Of a DNA stretch of 64,000 nucleotides, positions 40,829 to 54,741 are shown piece after piece. The notes beneath the pieces are model-generated. The model saw only the letters and a program-made list of their open reading frames with translations, did not search any database and was not told the origin of the DNA. The translations under genes and the position numbers were made by a program. Origin of the DNA: Octopus sinensis (Eukaryota); NCBI RefSeq assembly GCF_006345805.1, contig NC_043008.1, positions 46,872,001 to 46,936,000 of the forward strand. Direction: 5' to 3'. The number at the start of each line of letters is the position of its first letter. Position 1 is the stretch's first letter.

Positions 40829-41730
40829 AAAAGGAAAAAGAAAAAAGAAAAATTCCGATCAAAAGGGGCGGGGAAAAGAAAGAAACAAGGCGATCAAAAG
40901 GGATTGTGTATCGCAGGAGATATTGTTTAAATGTAAGAAGCAAGATTAGGTTCATCCGTGGAAAGAAAATACTACAGAAAAGACCACGGTAACCTCAGGC
41001 AGGGAGGAAATATACACATGAGAGCTAAGTGCTCTCTCCCTGTCTTTTTTCGATTTACAGGATCATTCTCAAAGGGGTTTCGTTACTCATACGCACCATC
41101 TTTGCTACATTCAACCACCTTCTTTTGGAACTTTCACGTGACAAAACCTGCCTTTCCATTGTCACCTCCCTTTTCAAGTGGTACTTGAAAAAGCTGATGA
41201 GCGATTGGCCAGAGAGGTAGGTGTTTGTCTCTAATTCTTTGACTCGTGTTCACCGCACACATTCTTTCTCCATGGCCACCAGTACGATGAAGACTGCCTT
41301 GCCTCCTCGGTTGAGGGAAGGTGGTGGAGCAATTGCCACAGTAGACTCGGCCGACAGGTAGACTCGTCTCACACATCACAGCGGCCGTTCGGCATAAGCC
41401 CACAGGTCCAAACTGGCTGGACACTGCACGAGGGCGTGCAGAACGGTTTCTCCGCTTTGGCCGCATCTCTGGCAAGTCAGTCCGGTGTGTCTCGAACCGT
41501 ACCTGTAGAGCTCATCCCGAACAGGTAGGGCTTCTTGATAAAACTGCCAGGCCAGGGATCTTTGGTAATTGCCCATAGGTCCCGTCCGAAAGTTGTCCTC
41601 AACAGGCGGGTCAAGTGTTCCTCGTCGACGCCCAGATTCTGCCCGGGAACCTCGTTGCACCTCCCCTCCACTAATCCACTATAGAACGCTTTCGTTGTAA
41701 TGAAGTCGCACAACTTTGGTCCCGGACTGC
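40829..41730 (-). mobile_element. 5'-truncated Tx1/L1-clade LINE (C-terminal Cys/His domain plus pyrimidine-rich 3' UTR)
   Basis: LAWQFYQEALPVRDEL...CQRCGQSGETVLHALVQCP (zf-RVT-like) and FFKYHLKK-like downstream motif; frameshifted. Confidence 0.8.
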
Positions 41731-41744
41731 AGACAGATAAGTAG

Positions 41745-41907
<163 letters not shown>

Positions 41908-42479
41908 TGTTTATACTAATGGTTGCACGACGGAGTTGCAGTGATATTTTCTTGACAACTCACTAAGTGCAATTCATGTGTCGAAATTAAAATTTGCGAA
42001 ATCTCTTTTTGCGATTTAAGTTACGTAGATTCAGATGTTTTGTCATATTTTGTCTCCATTATAAGTAAATAATTCTATTACGATAGAGTGAATTATTGAC
42101 TCGTGTTGCCGTTCACATACTGTTTGACTTTTAAAATGCCTGAACCACCATGAACGTGTGCACTGCAATGCCTACATTTGTTCTATCGAAGCAGATACTA
42201 CATGGACTATGAAATAAATTTCATAAAGCGTGTTCTTTTTAAAATTTGAAGCTTTATTTCTTACAAACATTGTTTAATATTGGAAAAGCTGATGCAATTT
42301 CTTCTTTAGGGTGGTATCTACATAAATAACTCTGTACGTGTTTATCAGATTTGCCGTGCACAGTGAAGTTTGTCTGAGTGGCGTATGACAGGAAAGCAGA
42401 AAACCAAACGAGAAATGGCTAAATTACTAAAGTGCATTGTGGTATACGAGGATGCACAAGGTGAAAATGACTCCCTTTT

Positions 42480-43110
42480 TTACTCTTGATGACGACTTCC
42501 CCTGTTCTGGATTTGAATGAAGCTATCTTGCTCTGAGTTGCGGCGATGGCTTTCTTAATACTCTCAAACATTCCGCGAATGCGTTCCTCGTCAAACGACA
42601 TGGTTGTAAACTAGAAATTTCCACAGTATCTCACTGTATTCTATGTGTTACTCTTTGGATGATCTGAATTCTGGCTGCGTTGCCCTGGTGAGTTGATATT
42701 TGTGCTTCCCATAGCAGTGCGTCTCTCCTCAATTGACCTACTGAGCTCTTTCACACTTAGCTCAAACCAGTCTTGTGTCATTTCCTCCTCCACTCAGAGG
42801 CCCTTAGTGCAGCGCTATGAATGATGTCCCTGAGAGAGTCCCATCTCTGCCGAAAATTGCCTGCTTGTAGGTCTGGAAGGAAGGTGTCATCCAGTGACTT
42901 CATGGCTGTTGGGTTGCAGTAGCATTGATACACTGCTAGCCCGGAGGCTTGGCGCAGTGCATCATTTTTGGTTGGAGACTGAGATTGCAGTAAACCAAGT
43001 GGTTGCGTCTTGTAGTGATCAAATTTATCTGGTGGGAGTGCCCTGGTGTCGCCAAGAAATACTGTGTTGAGCTTTGGCCTGGAAGTAGGCCTGACGGGAT
43101 TCTTATACAC
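42480..43110 (-). mobile_element. RTE (BovB-like) LINE fragment, APE-RT linker region
   Basis: WDSLRDIIHSAA and IRGMFESIKKAIAATQSKIASFKSRTGEVV motifs. Confidence 0.75.
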
Positions 43111-43895
43111 GACAGATATATATTCGACAGGCTTCTTTCAACTTACGTTTACAAAACCTTTTGCTCGCTGCGAGGCTGTAGTAGAAGTTACCTGGTGAAT
43201 TTGCAGAACATGTAATCATGTGTTTGAGGAAAAAAACTATTTACCACTTAGCCATGCCTGCAACTATGTGAACAATGTCCACTTTAGTTTGATTGTTACA
43301 AGTTACAACCTCAACGGAATCTGTGTAAATGATAAATAGTTCCGCCTTTGAGAGCGGCACCACAAACTTTCCTGGGAAATAGGATTTAGTTCACAGCATC
43401 AAAAAATGTTATACGTTGCATACTCTTTCCCAGCTGTTGTTGAGTAGCTTCTTGTTCAATGAAACTATAATGTTATTATGAATACGTTTATAGTTCTTCT
43501 TTGTCCACCGATGAAATATCTCCATTCCATTCATCTGCTTTAAAAACTGTTTAGCTCTAAATATATTCTTTAAAATTAATGCAAATTATTTCTTTATGAC
43601 TTATTATCGCTAGACTGTCTAAAGTGGAATACATGTTGGATATTACACTCATCAAATATTTGAATAACATTTATATTTTCACTATAATGCAAAGTAAAAT
43701 TAGATGTGACTTTAGTGGAATAATATAGTCAAAGTGAAATTGTTTAATGCCATTTTCACAAAGAGAATTCGGAAGTGAGAGATAATAAATATATTCAGAG
43801 TTTTAAATTAAGATTACTTACAAGAAAACCAAAGCGCAAATTTCTACTGTTTATGTATGTGTGTGACTGTGCGGGTGAGTGTGTCTTACACTCTG

Positions 43896-43927
<32 letters not shown>

Positions 43928-44165
43928 GTGTGCGTGTGTGTGTGTGTGAATGTATGTGACTGTCTTTGTGGACACGCACCACATATACATATATATTTAC
44001 AGATAGATAGATATATAGATATCATGTATATTTATACAAACACACACGCTGCGTGTGTATGTATATCTATATATATATATATATGTATGTATGTATATGT
44101 GGGTGGGTGTTTGTGTGTAACCGTGTGTGATTCTGTGTGTGTGTATATATATATATACATATATG

Positions 44166-44202
<37 letters not shown>

Positions 44203-45025
44203 TTGTGTGTGTACGCAAATACACATGAATACTCAATGCACGAGCAAGCAAACTATTACACAAACTGGCCATATGTAACACACATGGCATCGATTAAACA
44301 TTCGGAAACACGCTTCAACTCGCACGTGCGTATAATCACATTCATTGACTGCAGACGGAGCGATAGTTCTCAAGGCAACTGATCATATAACTGATTGAAT
44401 GGTAAGAGTTCCTCAAGGAAATCACAGAATTAATTATAACCACACATTACTGCTATTCACACTGACATCGATCTGTTGCAAGCAAACATGTATGTAAGCT
44501 ACGGAAACTCTCTGACTAGATATCTATAACTAAAAGTGTAAATGTTATGGCAAAAATGTATCAAAGACCAGGTTAGCAATATCTGAGAAGCTTTTCACTT
44601 CCTGTTGTAATAATAGAATTATAGCGTTACGAAGTCACCACTATTTCCTAAGTACTCTACTACTACAGATCAAGGTCTCTATAAACCACTGAGATCTCTC
44701 TACATCATGTTTTCTCAGCTTTGTCCAGAAAAATCCTAACGTCGATTCAGAGACACATAATGATGTTGCCTGCACAAACATTCACATGCCGGATGTTAAT
44801 GAACATTCTCGCGCATATATGGGGTTGATAGGAGAATTGAAGCGAATTTCGAGATTTTAATGAATGCTTACACAAACTATTTCGAACACGTATTCGTCCA
44901 TTATTTAAAACCTCTTTATTAGGACGATTATTCTGCAGAATAAATTTTCTATTTCAACATTAAAATTAATTCACATTAAAATACGTGTATATGTATGTGT
45001 ATTTATCTATCTATCTATCAGTCTA

Positions 45026-45128
<103 letters not shown>

Positions 45129-45577
45129 TGTATAATCATTATGTGTGTGTGTGTATGTAAATGTGCTTCTGTGCGTATGTGTAGATATGTGGAATGATTA
45201 GGAAATTTGGTTATATAATTAACTGTCTGCCTCCCACTCTTCTCGATCAGATAGGCATCACAGAATATGATGACCATACCGATTTATGGAAGTCATAATC
45301 AAAAGCTATTTATGTGACTGTGAAATATGTAAATTGTTGCAGTGGTTCACTGTGTAATGTTCACTAATGCTCATATTTTGACGTCAAGCATACGTCTAGG
45401 TTCACATGTCATGCCATGTATGCACACAAATGTACACTTATTTATGTATACATATAGCCAAGCCTAGTAGCACACAGAAATATACGTATATCTATACACA
45501 GACACACTCTCTCTCTCTCTCTCACACACACAGGTACAGAATACCCACACGCATTAATCTACACATGCATTTATACC

Positions 45578-45804
45578 AATTGATGCTATCAAATTCCAGT
45601 AAATTATACTTTTCCGTGTCTGAGAGCAGGCCTATGGTTGTTAGGTTTGTATGTGTGTGAGTAGGAATGCGAGTGTACCTACATATTAATGAATAGGATT
45701 AAATTTCCTAGCATTAGTTTTAGAAAACAATTATGAGCAGCAACCAAGGCCTGCTCTCAGACACGGAAAAAAGTTTAATTTACTGAGATTTGAGAGCATC
45801 AATT
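45578..45804. mobile_element. MITE-like element with ~63 bp terminal inverted repeats
   Basis: aattgatgct.tcaaat..cagtaaatt...ttccgtgtctgagagcaggcc (45578-45640) is the reverse complement of 45741-45804. Confidence 0.75.
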
Positions 45805-45839
45805 AATGCCTGTGTAAATTAATGTATGTGTGTGGGTGT

Positions 45840-46141
45840 ATATATATTCATATTCATATATATATGTATATATACATATACATGAATACATATACATATA
45901 TATACTTGTATATATACATATATACATATATATATATACATATATATATATGCATATATACATACATATACATATATATGCATATATATATATACATATA
46001 TATGCAATATATATATTACATATACATATATATATATACATATACATATATATATACACACATATATATACACATATATACACATATATATACATATATA
46101 TATACATATACATATATATATACATATACATATACATATAC

Positions 46142-46172
<31 letters not shown>

Positions 46173-46395
46173 ATACATATATATATATACATATATATAT
46201 ATGCATATATACATACATATACATATATATGCATATATATATATACATATATATGCAATATATATATTACATATACATATATATATATACATATACATAT
46301 ATATATACACACATATATATACACATATATATACACATATATATACATATATATATACATATACATATATATATACATATACATATACATATACA

Positions 46396-46431
<36 letters not shown>

Positions 46432-46470
46432 CATATATATATATTCATATACATAAATACATACATATAT
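45840..46470. repeat. TA/CATATA satellite with a ~253 bp internal duplication
   Basis: Block atgcatatatacatacatatacatatatatgc...gcaatatatattac recurs at ~45948 and ~46201. Confidence 0.85.
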
Positions 46471-46519
46471 ACCTGTACAGTTATACTTTCATTTTCTCCT
46501 CTATAAGTAAAGTGCCTCT

Positions 46520-46835
46520 CAACAAATATCGTATATATCACAACCGTAACAACAAAAATGCACCAACTACAATATCTACATACATGGGACATACAGCAAA
46601 CCAGTTCAAGACACTATACCATCAACACACGCACACTTTTCGCTACTCTAGCTGAAAAAATGATACGTTATTATCGAACATGTGTAGGAAATAACCCAAC
46701 CATGAAAACTACTAATAACCAACCCCACTCAATCTCATACACCCAAAGATGATTTTTACTCAATAGGGACAGCACAAAGGCAAAACTAACTCGAATGCAT
46801 TGCAAGATGATGACGGTTTAGCTGGCCGAATCTTT
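46520..46835 (+). mobile_element. Decayed GIY-YIG endonuclease remnant of a second PLE lineage plus hammerhead-like relic
   Basis: [29 protein letters not shown] resembles YIG.T...FK.RY..H...F; ATGATGA-cgg...cc-GAATC at 46807-46832. Confidence 0.55.
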
Positions 46836-46993
46836 GAGGTCACTGTCAACAACATCTATTTTGAAACCTACAAAAGTATAGAGTCACCCATCGGATTAAT
46901 GTAAAATTAACTAAACATGTTCACTTAGAATTTAGATATAGATTATATAGATTACCTTGAAAATGTGTTGACATAAATTTTCGCACATAATGT

Positions 46994-47102
<109 letters not shown>

Positions 47103-47109
47103 CGATATA

Positions 47110-47290
47110 TCGTTACCCACAACACATTCTTTATTTTCTCTCCTTGTTTCTATCTGTGTCTCTTTCTGTGGAAGAGTGTAGGCTCGAAACTTTAAAGACT
47201 TTTTCACTTCCCGAGCGTTATACTATTACATTTGTTTGTTGTCTACACCACCTGTCTTCGTCTTTTATTTTGTGTTTGTGAATTCTCCCT
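47110..47290 (+). mobile_element. (TA)n-bounded short module with hammerhead-like core
   Basis: CTGTGGA-A-GAGT-GTAG-GCTC-GAAAC at 47166-47190; same family as 15030-15130. Confidence 0.7.
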
Positions 47291-47302
47291 ATATATATAT
47301 AT

Positions 47303-49797
47303 ATGCTCCTACTGAACATCAGAGGACTGCAAACACTCAGTAACAGGACAAAAATCCCGTTCTTGAGAGACTTTGTTGCATGCAATCAAGCCTTATGCAT
47401 AGCACTTACGGAAACGCACCTGAAACCGGACATAGCAGATGCGGAATTACACATACCACAGTATGTTGTACTACGGACCGACAGAAAAGAAAGGAGTCAT
47501 GGAGGAGTTGCTATGTACAACCGTGAGGACCTCACACCCCAGGTCCTTTTGTCATACTCAAACTCGGTGTGTGACACACTAATAGTACATATAAGGCAAC
47601 TTGATGTAGTTGTGTGTGCTACATATCGCCCTCCAAATGCCCCAAGCCATGTAGGCAAGTTTGAAGACTGCCTTATAAAAATAGAAGAAGTTCTAATCAC
47701 ATTAGAACAACACATAAGTGTACTTCTTATGGGAGATTTCAATCTACACAATGTCAGATGGCCCGAGGGCTTTTCTCTCCCAGGAATGACAAGATGTGAA
47801 CGAGGACAGGCGAGGTCCCTCCTGAACCTCATCAACACCCTGTACATGGAGCAAGTAATACTCCAACCAACCAGGGCAGGTAACACACTGGATCTCTGCT
47901 TCACAAATAATATGGATCTCATCCATAATGTGAAAGTGACACCGACACTACTCTCGGATCACAACATGGTAGAGCTGACCATGTACGGGCCAACGGAAAG
48001 CATGGGCATGCAGCCTACAAGAAACCTTCAGAATCTTTCCAGCTTGAACTTCCATAAGGCAAACTGGAAACAAATTGAGAAAGAGATCCTCAAACAAAAC
48101 TGGCCTAAATGTCTCTCCTCGCCAGACATCGACGTGAAACCTCAACAATTCATGTATGTAATGCAAGCCATATGCTACAAATGTGTCCCAGAGAGAAAGG
48201 CCACTGTACACAAGAACAAAATCCCCAGTGAGAGGAAAATTTTAATGAGACGGCGTACAAAAATTTCAAATCGCCTAAACAAACAAATTGAAAGCAGTGA
48301 AAAGTCCCGCCTGAAAATAAAACTGTTGGCAATTGAAAAATGTCTGCAACTCTCCCATGAAAAGGAAAGAGCAGACAAAGAAGCCTGGGCTATAGACAAC
48401 ATAAAATCTAACCGCAGAGCTTTCTACAGGTATGCCAAATAAACAGCTACTGTGCACTGTAGAATAGGGCCACTCCTTGAAAAGGATGGCACACTTACAG
48501 GAAAACCAATGAGGGTAAGTGAAATACTGAATGAACAATTCAAGAGTGTTTTCACTCCACCCCTTGGGCATTTCCAAATCACCAATCGAACTGACTTCTT
48601 TACCACTACAGATATAAAATCAGAGGCAGCGACGATAGATTACATCGATATAAAGGAAGACGATGTAATAAAGGCTATAGATGAAATGAAAACAGACTCA
48701 GCTACTGGCCCCGATAGATTCCCGGCAATCCTCCTAAAAGTATGTAAGAGAGTCCTAGCAAGACCAATGCAGTTCCTCTTTCAGAGCTTCCTTGCAACTG
48801 GCAAACTTCTAAGATAACTGAAGGAAGGTAAAATATGCCCTATTCATAAAGGAGGTAGCAGAGCGGTGGCCAATAACTACGGACCTATCTCTCTGACCTT
48901 ACACATCAGCGAGGTCATGGAACGAATAGTCAGAAGGAAGCTGATCACCATCCTCGAAGAAAATGACTTGCTGCCTGACACCCAACATGGTTTCCGACCA
49001 GGAAGAAGCTGCTTAACTCAGCTCCTACAACACTATGACTGGGTGCTGAAACGACTGCTCAACCACACAAATGTGGAAGTGATATTTCTCGACTTTGCAA
49101 AGGCCTTTGATAAAGTCGATCATGGAATGATATGACACAAACTGCGTGATCTTAGCATAGTTGGAAAACTGGGAGAATAACTTCATGACTTTCTGAAAGA
49201 TAGAAGTCAGGTGGTAGTAGCCAATGGGGCCACTTCCATTAACACGCAAATCGTGAGCGGTGTTCCGCAGGGCACTGTTTTGGGACCACTACTGTTCATA
49301 ATGGCCCTCTCAGACATGCACTCAGCCACGCAGAGAGCCACGATCACAAGTTATGCAGATGATACAAAAGTTTCACAGGCAATACAGAACCCTGAGGACA
49401 CTAAACGCCTGCAATGTGAGCTGGACAAAATATACAAGTGGGCTGAAAAGAATAGCATGCAGTTCAATGCTGAAAAGTTTCAAGCTTTATGCTATCAGCA
49501 TGCAAAACTAAATGCAATACCCAATGAATACACTGGACCCGGAGGGATTGCAATCCCAGAGGCACAATTAGTGCGTGACCTGGATATTTAAATGAGTGAT
49601 GATGTAACCTTTCGTGTACAACCTTTCGACGACTGGCCGGATGGATTCTTAGAACCTTTAGAACAAGAGAACAAGAAACCATGATGGTCCTCTGGAGGAC
49701 ATTTGTCCTAAGCCACTTTGACTTTTGCTCTCAGCTATGGTCACCATCCAGTGTCAAGTTGATGACAGAACTTGAGGCGATCCAAGGTAGCTACACG
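47303..49797 (+). pseudogene. CR1-like LINE ORF2 (APE endonuclease + reverse transcriptase), inactivated and 3'-truncated
   Basis: LNIRGL, LTETHL, GDFN, LDL, SDH (APE); QHGFRPGRSC, FLDFAKAFDKV, GVPQGTVLGPLLF, YADDTK (RT); several in-frame stops (e.g. 48440, 49133). Confidence 0.92.
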
Positions 49798-50411
49798 ATA
49801 TATATATATAATATATATACATAATATATATATAATATTATATATATAATAATATATACATAATATATATATATATAAAAATATATACCTAATATATTTA
49901 TATATAATATATATATACATAATTATATATATATATATATACATAATATATATATACATAATATATAATATAATATACATAATATATTTATATAATATAT
50001 ATATATAATATATATAGATTATCATATATAATATATATATTTATATGTATACATAATATACATATATAAATATATAATAAATATAATATATAATTATATA
50101 GATAATATATATAGATATTACATAATATATATATAAATAACTATACTATAGATATAATATATAAATATATTATATAATATATATATATATAATATATTAT
50201 ATATATATATAGAGATTATATATATATATATATATAGATTATATATAAATATCTATATAGATTATAATAATATTAAATATAATAATATTTATATATATAT
50301 ATAATATATATATCTATATATAGATACTTATAAAGATATATATATTATATATATTATAGATAATATATATAATATATAGATATAGATTTATAATATATAT
50401 AATATATAGAT

Positions 50412-50455
<44 letters not shown>

Positions 50456-50749
50456 ATAATGTATAGATTATATATATTATATATATATATATAATTATAT
50501 CTAATATATATATATAGATTATAGATAATATATATCTTATATATTATATATAATATATAATATATATTATATATAATATATATAATAGATTATATATAAT
50601 ATATATCTTATATATATTATATATATAATATATTATATTAATATATTATATATAATATATATACATATAGATTATATATAATATATATATATATTATATA
50701 TATTATATATAATATAAATTATATAGATATATTATAATATATAATATAT

Positions 50750-50785
<36 letters not shown>
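49798..50785. repeat. Long degenerate (TA)n array
   Basis: Direct inspection. Confidence 0.95.
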
Positions 50786-50788
<3 letters not shown>

Positions 50789-51250
50789 ACCCACCACACA
50801 AACAGCAGAGAACCCCATGGAGGATCCAATGCCACCAGTACACTTCAGGAAAAGAAAAAATCTGGAAGGCACCGAAGAAACTGTAAATTCTACCTGCGGG
50901 GCAAATGTTGGCATGGTGAGGACGGCAAAAACTACCGGTTCGCCCACCCGACACCCAGCCAAAACTTCAGGGGACTCAAACAGAAGAGCTTTGCTGAGGG
51001 AACACAAGAAATGTCTCACAGGAAAAGTTTCAAAAACGAAGTGCTCTCCTCAGATGTTCTGCGCAACGCAGCAGCTGAGCAAGAGTCTTTTGTTATGCAT
51101 GGCGCAAAGAAATGTCCGGCAGCTCACCCGGCTACACTAAGCACAGAGAAGGAACCCTTCCCACCACTATGCAAGACCACCACAGTCAACAGACACGGGA
51201 TGGCCTCCCCTAACGCCTGTACAGCCCGTCACCCCAATATTTTACTAAAG
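50789..51250 (+). other. ATG-less open frame with a CCCH-type zinc finger (probable LINE ORF1 fragment)
   Basis: The frame of ORF 51011 extends upstream without stops: CKFYLRGKCWHGEDGKNYRFAHP at 50882-50950; later CPAAHP and CTARHP. Confidence 0.55.
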
Positions 51251-51345
51251 ACATATATATATATATATAAATACATATATATATAAATATAATATATATA
51301 AATATATAATATATAAATATATATATATAAATAATATATATATAA

Positions 51346-51386
<41 letters not shown>

Positions 51387-51907
51387 TATATATATATATA
51401 AATATATATATATATACATATAATATATATAAATATATATATATTATATAAAATATATATATATATAAATTATATATATATATAATTATATATATATATA
51501 AATATATATATATATAAATATATATATATATAAATATATATAATATATATATATATAAATATCTATATATATAAAATATATATATATATATATATATAAA
51601 TATATATATATATTATATATATAATATATATATAAATATATATATAATAAATATATATATATATAAATATATATATATATAATATTATATATATATAAAT
51701 ATGTATATATATAAATATATATATCTATAATATAATATATATATAATAATATATATATATATATATATATAAATATATATATATATATTATATAAATAAA
51801 CTATATATATATATATATATAATATATATTAGATATATATATATAAATAAATATATATATATATATATAAATAAATATATATATATATAATATAATAAAT
51901 ATTATAT

Positions 51908-51942
<35 letters not shown>

Positions 51943-51974
51943 AAAATATTATATATTATATCTAATATATATAT

Positions 51975-52020
<46 letters not shown>

Positions 52021-52029
52021 ATAAATTTT

Positions 52030-52068
<39 letters not shown>

Positions 52069-52078
52069 CATATATATC
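51250..52078. repeat. Long degenerate (TA)n array
   Basis: Direct inspection. Confidence 0.95.
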
Positions 52079-52084
52079 CTTAAA

Positions 52085-54490
52085 AAAATCCTTTAAAATG
52101 TTTTAGCCCGAAGGCCGCGGCCATGCTGGGGCACCACCGCTGAATGAGCTACACTAGTTTGTGAATCCACCTCTGATACGTGGCACTTGATCAACAAGGG
52201 AGTTCGATGCTGCTGCCCGCATCCGTGTCTCCTGTCGTGAGGTAGGTTCATCTGGGACTCCCAACAAGAAGAGATCCAGTTTAGTTTTAAAGAAACCCAC
52301 ATCCACACCATGTAAGTCTCTCAGGCATTTAGGGAGGATGTTAAAGAGCTGTGGTCCTCTGAAACCCAAGCTGTTGCAGTATCTGGACCTGTATTTTGAT
52401 GGTGATGTTGGAAATTGGCACCACGCAGCGGCGCCCCGTTCTGCGGTTGGAGTAACTTTGAATGCCAAAGTTTGGGACAACACCCTCCAGGATTTTCCAG
52501 ATGTATATCACTGCATATCTCTCCCGCCTCCGCTCAGGAGAAGAGAGAGAGTTTATACCTTCAGTCTTTCCCAGTAGCTGACATTTTGCATTGAGACGAT
52601 TTCTTTGTGTAGCTTCTCTGAGTTGCTTCGAGTTCTGCTGTTTGTTTTATATTGTGTGGTGACCAAAGTTGGGAGCAGTAGTCCAAGCGGCTGAGGACAA
52701 ATGTTTTCCATAGGACCATCAGTGTCTCCTTCTCTCTTGTTCTGAAAGTTCGGAGAATCATCCAGCTAGCCGTCTGCATTTATCACCAGATTAGCAATAT
52801 GCATTTGGAAAGATGCATCATTGCTCATGTCAATGCCCAGGTCACGCACTGATTTTGACTCAGGGATTGCAATTCTTCCTGGGCCAGTGTATCCAGTCTT
52901 CACGTCATTTACCTTTGTGTGTCATAGCGCAGGCCTGGAACTTACCTGCATTAAACTGCATGTTGTTGTCCTCAGCCCACCTGTATATTGTGTCCAGCTC
53001 ATGTTGCAGATGCGCAATATTTTCAGGGTTTTGTATTGCGTGGGAGACTTTTGTGTCATCTGCATAGCTAGCAGGGTGGTCATCGTAGCAACTGAAGGCA
53101 TGTCTGAAAGGGCCACTATGAACATCAGTGGCCCCAAGACAGTGCCCTGTGGGACACCGCTTGTTATTTGCGTTTCCCTGGAGGTGGCTCCATTGCTCAC
53201 AACTGCCTGTTTTCTGTCTTTTAGGAAGTTGTGCAGCCACTCTCAAGTTTCCCGCCTATGCCGAGACCACGCAGTTTGTGACAGATCATACCATGGTCGA
53301 CTTATCAAAGGCTTTTGCAAAGTCAAGATATATTACATCCACATTTGAGCCATTTAGTAGCTGTTTCAACACCCAGTCATAGTGTTGCAGGAGCTGTGTT
53401 AGGCAGCCTCTACCTGGTCGAAATCCATGCTGGGTGTCAGACAGTAAGTCATTTTCTTCAAGGAACATGATTAGTTCTTACGGACTATTCGTTCCATGAC
53501 TTTGCTGATGTGGAGGTCAGAGAGATAGGCCTATAATTTTAGCATCTGCTCTGCTACCTCCCTTATGGATAGGGCATATTACCCCCTCTTTCAGTTTGAC
53601 TGGGAGCTTACCACTTGCAAGAAAGCTCTGAAAAAGAAGCTGTAGCGGTTTTGCAAGGGCTCGTTTGCACGATTTTGAGAAGGATCGCTGGGAATCCATC
53701 AGGTCCATCAGCTGAGTTTGTGTCAATCTCATCAATGGCTAGTGTGATATCATCTTCTTCGATGTTGATGTACTCAATTTTGTCTCTTTGGTCGCTGGTA
53801 AAGTGGCAAAGAATTCTTCTGGGTTGTTTACTTGCCTGTGTCCTAGAGGTGTAGTGAACACACTTTGGAACTGTTCATTCAGTATTTCACTTATCCTCGT
53901 GGGATTTCCTGTGAGAGAGCCATCTTTTTGGAAGAGAGGTCCTATTCTCTGGTGCACTGTGGCTGTCTCTTTGGCAAACTTAAGAAAGCTTTAGGGTTTG
54001 ATTTTTATTTTCTATTACCCAAGCTTCTTTATCTGCTCTCTCCTTTTCATGGGACTGATGTAGACTTTTCTCAGTTTCCATTAGCATTCTTTCGAGCCGA
54101 GACTTCTCACCACTTTTGGTGTGCTTGCTCAGGCGGTTTGCAATCCTTGTCCGTCGTCGTCTCATAAGAATCCTCCTTTCTCTAGGGATCCTGTTTTTGT
54201 TCTTGTGTGTGCTGGCCCTGCACATTGGGACATATTTGTCACATATGGCTTGTATTATGGACATGAAGTGTTTGTGTTTCATGTTTATGTCCGGTGTGGA
54301 GAGACATTCAGGCCCATCCTGTTTGAGGATCTCTTTCTCAATCGACTTCCAGTTGGCTTTATGAAAGTTTAAGTTGGAGAGATGGTGGGTGCTTCGTATA
54401 GGCGGTGGTGTCTGCGGGGCTTTTGTTCCATACATAGACAGCTCTATTATGTTGTGATCCGAGATCATTGTCGGCATCACATTAACATTA
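52085..54490 (-). mobile_element. Second CR1-like LINE copy, 5'-truncated in APE, with native 3' end
   Basis: ISDHNIIEL, QHGFRPGRGCLTQLL, YLDFAKAFDK, GVPQGTVLGPL, YADDTK; ORF ends at 52154, followed by a short 3' UTR. Confidence 0.92.
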
Positions 54491-54653
54491 TGGATAATAA
54501 ATATATATATATATATATTATATATATATAAATATATATATACATATATATAATAAATATAACTATATATATTATAATATATAAATATATATATATATAT
54601 ATAATATATATAAATTATATATATATATATATATATATAAATATTATATATAT

Positions 54654-54741
<88 letters not shown>

